From Clostridia bacterium (GTDB taxonomy: Bacteria > Bacillota > Clostridia > Oscillospirales > CAG-272): 41,495 nt of DNA. The notes under the pieces are model-generated. The model was not told the DNA's origin, did no database searches, and was given only the letters and a program-made list of their open reading frames with translations. This document shows, piece after piece, positions 15,957-23,126 of this stretch. A program made the translations under genes and the position numbers. The first letter of the stretch is position 1; every line of letters begins with the position of its first letter. The stretch lies in assembly GCA_017453285.1 (NCBI GenBank), contig JAFTKL010000043.1:1-41495 (forward strand). The letters run 5' to 3'.

Positions 15957-16628
15957 ATGAGCTCTGAAAATTGCATCTGTCTGCTGACTTTTATGCGTGC
16001 GGGCGAGATATCCGGCGACGTTGATACGCTCATATCCTCTCTTCCGTTCGGCGAGAGCGAGCGCGAGCGGCTTCGTTCTATAAAAAATCCTGCCGCGCAG
16101 AAAAACTCGCTTTCTGCCCTGCTCTGCCTTGATCGACTTATCAAGCGCACAGATCTTGGTAGTGAGGATCTCACCGTCATCCGCGAGAAGAACGGCAAGC
16201 CGCGTTTTGCCTCTCTGCCGTATCACTTCAGCATCACGCACTCGCGCGATCTTTGTGCCGTCGCGCTATGCAAAGAGAACGTGGGGCTTGATCTCGAGTT
16301 TGTCGACGAATCGCGCAACACAGAGGCTCTCTCGAAGCGTTTTTTCAGCCCCGAAGAGCATTCACAGATCTTTGAGGGCAAGAGTGCCGCCCGGGATTTC
16401 TTCGCGCTCTGGGTAAAAAAAGAGGCTCTTGCAAAGCTTTCGGGTGAGGGGCTCGCATCGATCTGCCGCGGACAGATAATTGACCGCTCTGCGCATTCCT
16501 TCAAGGAATACAGGCTCACGGTCGACGGTGCGGATGCATGCCTTGCGCTCTGCTTTGAGAAAGCTGCGCCGAACATAGCTATTAACGACACCTACGAGGA
16601 GATAAAAATATATGAAATACAGAATTGA
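15957..16628 (+). CDS. 4'-phosphopantetheinyl transferase, Sfp-type
   Basis: NGKP, FSITHS, VGLDLE, FFALWVKKEALAK motifs. Confidence 0.88.
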   Translation: MSSENCICLLTFMRAGEISGDVDTLISSLPFGESERERLRSIKNPAAQKNSLSALLCLDRLIKRTDLGSEDLTVIREKNGKPRFASLPYHFSITHSRDLCAVALCKENVGLDLEFVDESRNTEALSKRFFSPEEHSQIFEGKSAARDFFALWVKKEALAKLSGEGLASICRGQIIDRSAHSFKEYRLTVDGADACLALCFEKAAPNIAINDTYEEIKIYEIQN

Positions 16629-17988
16629 ACATGATTCGATGGGCGAGATCGAGGTCGAGGAAAGTCGCCTTTGGGGCGCGCAGACCCAGCGAAGCCTTGA
16701 GAATTTCCGCATCGGCGTGGGACTCGAGACTATGCCCTCCGAGATAATACACGCCTTCGGCATTCTCAAGCTTGCCGCCGCGCGAGCAAACGCGGAGCTC
16801 TGCCCCGAGAGAATGACCGAGCAAAAGCTCTCTCTCATCACATCCGCCGCCGAGAAGATCATCTCGGGCGAGCTTGACGAGCATTTCCCGCTCGTCGTAT
16901 GGCAGACAGGTTCGGGTACGCAGACAAATATGAACGCAAACGAGGTGATCGCAAACTACGGCAATCTTCTCGCGCAAGAAAAGATACTTCACCCCAACGA
17001 CGACGTAAATATGTCGCAGTCCTCGAACGACACCTTCCCCACCGCGATGCACATAGCCGCACTTCGCTCGATCAGAGAGCTTCTGCTCCCCGCGCTCGAT
17101 CTGATGATCGACGAGCTCTGCCGTCTTGAGCGCGAGAACGAAGGAGTTATCAAGAGCGGAAGAACACATCTTCAGGATGCAACGCCGATCAGCTTCTCGG
17201 GAGAGATCTCGGGTTGGAGATCCTCGCTTGAGAAGGATAGAAAAATGATAAAGCTCGCATCTGCCGAGCTTTGCAGTCTCGCGCTCGGCGGCACGGCAGT
17301 CGGGACAGGGCTCAATGCTCCCGACGGATTTGACACACTCGTGGCTCGCAAGGTCGCGGAGATAACCTCGATTCCCTTTATCACCGAGGACAACAAATAC
17401 CACGCGCTCACCTCGAAGGATGAGCTCGTATTCGCGCACGGCGCGCTCAAAGCGCTCGCGTCTGACCTATGGAAGATTGCAAACGACGTGCGCTGGCTCG
17501 CATCGGGCCCGCGTTGCGGTCTTGGCGAGATAAAGATACCCGAAAACGAGCCGGGCTCGTCTATTATGCCGGGAAAAGTCAACCCAACTCAGTGCGAGGC
17601 TATGACTATGGTGGCTCTGCAGGTCATCGCCAATGACACGGCAGTCGGAATGGCGGCATCTCAAGGCAATTTTGAGCTCAACGTATTTATGCCTGTCTGC
17701 GCGTACAACTTCTTGCAGTCGGTAAGACTGCTCGCGGATGCGATAGAGTCATTCAGAGCAAACTGCGTATGCGGAATCGTGGCAAACCGCGAGAGGATGC
17801 AGGAATACCTCAACAACTCGCTGATGCTCGTCACTGCTCTCAGCCCCTACGTTGGCTACGAAAACGCGGCGAAGATCGCGAAGCTCGCGTATTCGCAAAA
17901 TATCACACTTAAAGAAGCAACTCTCAAGCTCGGTCTTATGGACGAGTCGAGATTTGACGAAATATTTCACCCTGAACAAATGGTTTAA
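16612..17988 (+). CDS. fumC: Fumarate hydratase class II
   Basis: WGAQTQRS, WQTGSGTQTNMN, SSNDTFPT, GRTHLQDA, GSSIMPGKVNPTQCE. Confidence 0.97.
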   Translation: MKYRIEHDSMGEIEVEESRLWGAQTQRSLENFRIGVGLETMPSEIIHAFGILKLAAARANAELCPERMTEQKLSLITSAAEKIISGELDEHFPLVVWQTGSGTQTNMNANEVIANYGNLLAQEKILHPNDDVNMSQSSNDTFPTAMHIAALRSIRELLLPALDLMIDELCRLERENEGVIKSGRTHLQDATPISFSGEISGWRSSLEKDRKMIKLASAELCSLALGGTAVGTGLNAPDGFDTLVARKVAEITSIPFITEDNKYHALTSKDELVFAHGALKALASDLWKIANDVRWLASGPRCGLGEIKIPENEPGSSIMPGKVNPTQCEAMTMVALQVIANDTAVGMAASQGNFELNVFMPVCAYNFLQSVRLLADAIESFRANCVCGIVANRERMQEYLNNSLMLVTALSPYVGYENAAKIAKLAYSQNITLKEATLKLGLMDESRFDEIFHPEQMV

Positions 17989-18003
17989 CAAGAGGAAAAA
18001 GTT

Positions 18004-19176
18004 ATGGACGTAAGAAAAGAATCACTCAGAAAGCATTATGAATGGAACGGTAAAATAGAGGTAGTTACACGCTGCCCGATCGAGAACAGAGAGGATCTCT
18101 CGCTTGCATACACACCAGGCGTGGCAGAGCCCTGCCTTGAGATACAGAAGGATATCAACAAGTCCTACGAGCTCACCCGCTGCAACAATCTCGTTGCGGT
18201 TATCACAGACGGCACGGCAGTGCTCGGTCTTGGCGACATCGGTCCCGAGGCAGGAATGCCCGTAATGGAGGGCAAGTGCGCGCTCTTCAAGGCGTTTGCC
18301 GACGTTGACGCATTCCCGCTCTGCGTGCGCTCCAAGGACGTTGACGAGATCGTGCGCACGGTATATCTCATCTCGGGAAGCTTTGGCGGCATCAATCTCG
18401 AGGACATCGCCGCTCCGCGATGCTTTGAGATCGAGCAGAAGCTCAAAGAGATCTGCGACATTCCCGTATTCCACGACGATCAGCACGGAACTGCCATTGT
18501 AGTTGCCGCGGCGCTTCTCAACGCGCTCAAGATCGTAAAGAAGGACATCGGCTCGGTCAAGGTCGTTATCAACGGCGCAGGCGCGGCAGGATGCGCGATA
18601 GGCAGACATCTGCTTAATATGGGTGTTAAAAATCTTACTATGGTCGACCGCTTCGGTATCATCAGCCGCGACGACGAAACACTTAATGATGCTCACAAGG
18701 CGATTGCAGAACTTACCAACCACTCGCTCGCGCGCGGAAATCTCGCAGACGCGATGCGCGGCGCTGACGTATTCATCGGCGTTTCCGCTCCCGGAATAGT
18801 AAGCGAAGAAATGGTCGCATCTATGGCTACCGACGCGATCGTTTTCCCGATGGCAAATCCCACCCCTGAGATCATGCCCGACCTTGCCAAGAAGGCAGGC
18901 GCACGCATTGTCGGCACGGGACGCTCGGACTTCCCTAACCAGATCAACAACGTTCTCGCCTTCCCCGGAATTTTCCGCGGCGCGCTTGATTGCAGAGCAT
19001 CCTGCATCAACGAGGAAATGAAGGTCGCAACCTCGTATGCGCTCGCTTCTCTCATTTCCGACGAGGAGCTGAACGAAGAGAACATAATCGCCCCCGCGCT
19101 CGATAAGAGAGTTTCCGAGGTGGTCGCAAAGGCTGTCATCGAGGCGGCGCACAAGACGGGCGTTGCGAGAATATAA
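18004..19176 (+). CDS. NAD(P)-dependent malic enzyme
   Basis: AYTPGVA, DGTAVLGLGDIG, INLEDI, FHDDQHGT, NGAGAAG, NQINNVLAFPG. Confidence 0.95.
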   Translation: MDVRKESLRKHYEWNGKIEVVTRCPIENREDLSLAYTPGVAEPCLEIQKDINKSYELTRCNNLVAVITDGTAVLGLGDIGPEAGMPVMEGKCALFKAFADVDAFPLCVRSKDVDEIVRTVYLISGSFGGINLEDIAAPRCFEIEQKLKEICDIPVFHDDQHGTAIVVAAALLNALKIVKKDIGSVKVVINGAGAAGCAIGRHLLNMGVKNLTMVDRFGIISRDDETLNDAHKAIAELTNHSLARGNLADAMRGADVFIGVSAPGIVSEEMVASMATDAIVFPMANPTPEIMPDLAKKAGARIVGTGRSDFPNQINNVLAFPGIFRGALDCRASCINEEMKVATSYALASLISDEELNEENIIAPALDKRVSEVVAKAVIEAAHKTGVARI

Positions 19177-19185
19177 GGAGATAAA

Positions 19186-19881
19186 ATGAATTTTTCTGAT
19201 ATTCTGCAGGACTACCCCTACACCACCGAACTCCACGCGCACAGCTTTCCCGTGAGCGCGTGCGGTGATTTCCCTGCTGAAGAGGTGGTAAAGAAATATA
19301 TCGACGCGGGCGTGCGCTCGCTTGTGCTGACGAACCACCTCACGCCGAACAACTGTGGCGAGGGAGTTGAATACTACCTTGAGGACTACCGCAAGGCACG
19401 AGAGGCGGCGGGTGAAGCTCTTAATGTCATTCTCGGCGTTGAGATAAGATTTGAGGGCAACATCAACGACTACCTCGTTTACGGTGTATCCGAGGAGGAT
19501 ATTCCGCTCTTTATCGAGCTTATACCGCACGGAATTGAGAATTTCTATAAGCAAGTCAAGAACGATCGCAACGTGATAATCCAAGCGCATCCGTTCAGAA
19601 AAGGCATCACGCTCGCGCCCGAAGGATCTATCGACGGAATTGAGTCATTCAATCTGCACCCCGGACACAACTCGCGCGTCGGCATCGGCGCAAGATACGC
19701 AAAGCTCAAGAGTCTACTCGCGACGGTCGGCACGGATTTCCACCACGAAGGACACGAGGCTCTCGCGCTTATGAGAACGCGCAACGAGCTCAAAACGTCT
19801 TTTGACGTAGCCGAGGCGATAAAGTCGCGCGACGTACTTTTTGATTGCTCGGGACATATCATCATACCATATATTTACTGA
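19186..19881 (+). CDS. PHP-domain metal-dependent phosphoesterase
   Basis: ELHAHS, LTNH, GVEI, QAHPFR, GTDFH motifs. Confidence 0.85.
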   Translation: MNFSDILQDYPYTTELHAHSFPVSACGDFPAEEVVKKYIDAGVRSLVLTNHLTPNNCGEGVEYYLEDYRKAREAAGEALNVILGVEIRFEGNINDYLVYGVSEEDIPLFIELIPHGIENFYKQVKNDRNVIIQAHPFRKGITLAPEGSIDGIESFNLHPGHNSRVGIGARYAKLKSLLATVGTDFHHEGHEALALMRTRNELKTSFDVAEAIKSRDVLFDCSGHIIIPYIY

Positions 19882-19891
19882 GGAGGCTAGT

Positions 19892-20179
19892 ATGGCAAAG
19901 AAGATAAATTGGGAATACAGCGAGCCTGAGCTCGATCTTGAGACAGGCGAGGAAACGGGAAACACTCTGACGCACACTATCTCGCTCTGCTACTCCTACG
20001 TGAGCGGCAAGGCGATCGTGACCATCGACGGTACGGAGTTTGACATCAGCGTTCGCCCCTTCTCGCTCAAAGGCACAGAGCAGGTCTTCCGCCTTGGCGA
20101 GTCTGCGGCACTTCTCCGCTTCGGCAAACCCACACCGACGGTTACGGTGGATAACGAGGAGCTGAAGATTATCAAATAA
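19892..20179 (+). CDS. Hypothetical protein (95 aa)
   Basis: GAGGAGG RBS before ATG 19892; host-like codon usage; ends before a terminator. Confidence 0.75.
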   Translation: MAKKINWEYSEPELDLETGEETGNTLTHTISLCYSYVSGKAIVTIDGTEFDISVRPFSLKGTEQVFRLGESAALLRFGKPTPTVTVDNEELKIIK

Positions 20180-20186
20180 TACAAAC

Positions 20187-20218
20187 ATCCCCGACAGAGA
20201 CTCTGTCGGGGATATTTT
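20187..20218. terminator. Intrinsic terminator between convergent operons
   Basis: ATCCCCGACAGAG-A-CTCTGTCGGGGAT inverted repeat followed by ATTTT. Confidence 0.85.
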
Positions 20219-20233
20219 CGTTATTTAAGGTCC

Positions 20234-21262
20234 TCAGCTCTCAAGTGGTATCGCGACTACCCAGGTATCCGTGCAATCCATAAATCCACCGTTAAAGCTT
20301 CCGTTCGACGTTGAGAAATACGCGCAGATCGGTCTTCCGTCTTCAAACAGGATGCACGGTCTCTCCATATTTCCCATATTGCGTATCTCGCCGTTTTCAT
20401 ACAAAAGCTTTCTCTCAAAGAAAGGCTCTTTATCAATTTCCCAAGCTTCTCCATCTTTCGAGAAGGCATGTACGCCGCCAAATTTCAAGCCGCATATCGC
20501 GCCGTTCATATCCTTTGCAATCAAATGATAGCCCTCATTGTACCAGATAAAAGGGTCTTCCATCTCGCCTTCGAGGTTCGAAAACAGCAGATTGTCGTCA
20601 CTTCTTGAGAGCGAGAAAGCATCCTTGCCTTTTGCACACAAAAGCTTCATCTGACCGAAGCGATAAGGATTTTTCTGCGTATCCACGTATCCTCTTCCCT
20701 TGTATGCCATAAAAATACTGCCGTCTTTATCAAGACACGCAACAGGGTTGGAGGTAAGATAGCTATCCGCATATCCGGGTCGGGTATCAAGCAAAGGTCT
20801 ATCGCTTCTGATCCAAGGACCGTACAAGCTTTTGCTATATGCGATGCCCACTCTCTTTTGTGACCGCGCCATAATGACGCTGGGATGGTCGAGAGTGACC
20901 TCCTCATCCTTGCAATCCCAAATATATCTGCTTCCCGTATAATAGATCACGTAGATGTCGCCGATCTTGATAACTTGCGGATTATGTGTGATACGTCCAT
21001 CCCAATACTCAGGACCTCTTGCAGAAAAAACCACATCGGAAAATTTAAATTCTCCGTACGGTGTATCACATACCGCATGAACTATTTCGGATTTTATGAG
21101 CCATCCGGGATGCATTGGAAGGGTTTTCGGCCACCGCGACGCGAACATATGATATTTCCCATCGTCTCCCTTTATAACGCTTCCGTCCCACGTCCAATAG
21201 CCTTCCATTCTAAATCCGCTGTTTAGTGGAACAGGCCTCATCATTTCACTTAACTTTTTCAT
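20234..21262 (-). CDS. Glycoside hydrolase, five-bladed beta-propeller (GH43-like superfamily)
   Basis: WDGSVIKGDDGKYHMFASRWP, HNPQV, SNP, EDPFIW, ERP blade motifs. No signal peptide. Confidence 0.75.
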   Translation of the reverse strand: MKKLSEMMRPVPLNSGFRMEGYWTWDGSVIKGDDGKYHMFASRWPKTLPMHPGWLIKSEIVHAVCDTPYGEFKFSDVVFSARGPEYWDGRITHNPQVIKIGDIYVIYYTGSRYIWDCKDEEVTLDHPSVIMARSQKRVGIAYSKSLYGPWIRSDRPLLDTRPGYADSYLTSNPVACLDKDGSIFMAYKGRGYVDTQKNPYRFGQMKLLCAKGKDAFSLSRSDDNLLFSNLEGEMEDPFIWYNEGYHLIAKDMNGAICGLKFGGVHAFSKDGEAWEIDKEPFFERKLLYENGEIRNMGNMERPCILFEDGRPICAYFSTSNGSFNGGFMDCTDTWVVAIPLES

Positions 21263-21274
21263 CTCTCACCTCAT

Positions 21275-21303
21275 TTTAACACATCTCGTCGCCACGAATG
21301 ACG
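21275..21303. repeat. 29-bp direct repeat, copy 1 (duplicate of the methyltransferase 3' end)
   Basis: TTTAACACATCTCGTCGCCACGAATGACG; 27/29 identical to 21834-21862. Confidence 0.9.
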
Positions 21304-21382
21304 TACTACTTTACTCAAAGCGATACCTCCGTCCGCTCGCCGTAGCGAGCCGCCTTGTTTTATCTTATTTGAAAAGTTACGT

Positions 21383-21805
21383 CTATGATTGAGTAGAAGT
21401 TGTCATAGGGGTGAGTATTTCAAACAATGCGTCCATTTCCTCATCCGTGCAATCTACCGTAAAGACGTTGAGTCCCTTTATATTGTGACCCATCGGATAC
21501 GTAATACTTATACCGTGAGTATGCAATCCAATATTGTATTTATCAATACGGATATTGTAGAGTGCCTCACAGTTGCACATATCCTCAACTGCGGCTTTGC
21601 CGTCAATTGCCGATATCAGCGCATCGAAGAAGGCTTCATCCTCAATTACCGTTTCGGACTCTCCGCTAAGGACGATCTGCGGCTTTGACTGCGGACAGTC
21701 GAAGAATGCCACACCGTCTTTAACGCCAATATCCAACTTATCTGAGTCACATCCTATAAATGAAAGCAGTGTCAGGGTTAGCAAAAGCAAAACAATTTTT
21801 TTCAT
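21383..21805 (-). CDS. Putative lipoprotein (140 aa), unknown function
   Basis: MKKIVLLLLTLTLLSFIG-C lipobox-type signal. AAGGGGG RBS precedes the ATG at 21805. The longer ORF-track start overlaps the neighbouring gene. Confidence 0.78.
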   Translation of the reverse strand: MKKIVLLLLTLTLLSFIGCDSDKLDIGVKDGVAFFDCPQSKPQIVLSGESETVIEDEAFFDALISAIDGKAAVEDMCNCEALYNIRIDKYNIGLHTHGISITYPMGHNIKGLNVFTVDCTDEEMDALFEILTPMTTSTQS

Positions 21806-21827
21806 ACAATGATCCCCCTTGAAAATT

Positions 21828-22577
21828 TTAAAATTTAACACTCCTCGTCGCCACGAATGACGGGATATTATGCTCGTGCAGGTTTCCCGCGCCGTTGGTG
21901 TCCTCGTATATATCCGTAAGGCAAAATCCCGCGCGGAGCTGTCCGCCGAGTTGCTCTTCGATCGTATGCGAGAACTGTATACCCGAGTCTGTTCTGATAC
22001 ATTCCTCGTATAGCTTCTCATCACTCAAGGGATCAAACGGCAAGGAATAAAGCACCCTTTCCTCATTCTCGTCGAAGATGTAGTTGATGCCAATGTCGTA
22101 GCCGCCGAGAAATGCACCGTCCTTTTTCAAGACTCGGTAACACTCGCGAAATATCGGCTCGACCTCTCGCACGTAGCAGTTCGACACGGGGTGAAAGATC
22201 AGATCAAAGCTTTCGTCCCCAAACGGCAGAGGCTTTGTCATATCCGCGCGAATTATCTCGACCTCGTACCCCTCGCGTTCTGCGACTATTTTGTCGCTCT
22301 CGCACTGCTGCTCTGAGTAGTCAAGCAGAGTGCATTTTGCGCCGAGTGCGGAAAATATCGGTATCTGCTGACCACCGCCGCTCGCAAGTCCGAGCACGCG
22401 CTTGCCTCGAAGGTCGCCAAACCATTCGTGCGGCACGCGCTTGGTCGGCGTGAGGTAAACGTCCCACTCGCCGCGCAGAGCTTTCTCAAACTCCTCGTGG
22501 CTTATCGGTCTTCCCCACTCCCAGCCGTCCTTGCACCAATCATCAATTGTTTTTGCGTTTATATCCTGATATTCCAT
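21828..22577 (-). CDS. Class I SAM-dependent methyltransferase
   Basis: VLGLASGGGQQ motif I, LDYS, ADM, FDLIFHP, YRVLKKDG. GAGGTGG RBS precedes ATG 22577. Confidence 0.9.
   Translation of the reverse strand: MEYQDINAKTIDDWCKDGWEWGRPISHEEFEKALRGEWDVYLTPTKRVPHEWFGDLRGKRVLGLASGGGQQIPIFSALGAKCTLLDYSEQQCESDKIVAEREGYEVEIIRADMTKPLPFGDESFDLIFHPVSNCYVREVEPIFRECYRVLKKDGAFLGGYDIGINYIFDENEERVLYSLPFDPLSDEKLYEECIRTDSGIQFSHTIEEQLGGQLRAGFCLTDIYEDTNGAGNLHEHNIPSFVATRSVKF
21834..21862. repeat. 29-bp direct repeat, copy 2 (inside the methyltransferase 3' end)
   Basis: TTTAACACTCCTCGTCGCCACGAATGACG; encodes SFVATRSVK on the minus strand. Confidence 0.9.
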
Positions 22578-22584
22578 AACCACC

Positions 22585-23118
22585 TCAAAGCGTTACCACC
22601 GTCGGCTCGTGAGCGAGCGCGGGGATTATCTTATCGCACAGATCTGCTGTTCTGAGTCTCAGGCTCGAGGTATTGATGCAGGGGTGGCATCCGACGTATT
22701 CCTCACTCAGTACGTCAGCATCGATCAGAAGTCTGACCCGCCTGTTCCTGTCGTTCATCAGCCCCATAACGCTGACAGAACCGGGGGTTATGTCAAGAAA
22801 CTGCTCCATAAACTCCGCATTTGCAAACGAGAGGCGCGACGAGCCTATCTGCGCCGAGAGATCCTTGGTCTTAAATGGCTTGTCGGCAGGCATCATAAGC
22901 AGATAGAAATCTGTCTGCTGACGGTTGCACAGAAACAAATTTTTACATATCAGCGCGCCGAGCGATGCGTCTATCTGCTCGCAGATCTCCATCGTCATCG
23001 CAGGCTCGTGGTCAATTCTTTCATACTCGACCCCGAGAGAGTCGAGAAGGTCGTAGACTCGCATTTCTTTGTCGAGTCTGCCTTCTGCGCTCTCGGGGCG
23101 TCCTTTTATTCTTTCCAT
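22585..23118 (-). CDS. YbaK/ProX (PrdX-like) aminoacyl-tRNA deacylase, prolyl-tRNA editing
   Basis: CKNLFL, RLSFA, PGSVSVMGL, HPCINTSS. Confidence 0.88.
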   Translation of the reverse strand: MERIKGRPESAEGRLDKEMRVYDLLDSLGVEYERIDHEPAMTMEICEQIDASLGALICKNLFLCNRQQTDFYLLMMPADKPFKTKDLSAQIGSSRLSFANAEFMEQFLDITPGSVSVMGLMNDRNRRVRLLIDADVLSEEYVGCHPCINTSSLRLRTADLCDKIIPALAHEPTVVTL

Positions 23119-23126
23119 AGTTTTCC

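Noticed and set aside
15392-16198. ORFs 15392-15814 (+) and 15749-16198 (-) sharing an IAEESRT peptide
   Set aside because: The shared peptide is only the translation of the element's inverted repeats. The ORFs overlap tRNA-Leu or the PPTase and show no transposase motifs.
21383-22024. 213-aa version of the lipoprotein ORF
   Set aside because: The upstream extension overlaps the methyltransferase. RBS and signal peptide place the start at 21805.
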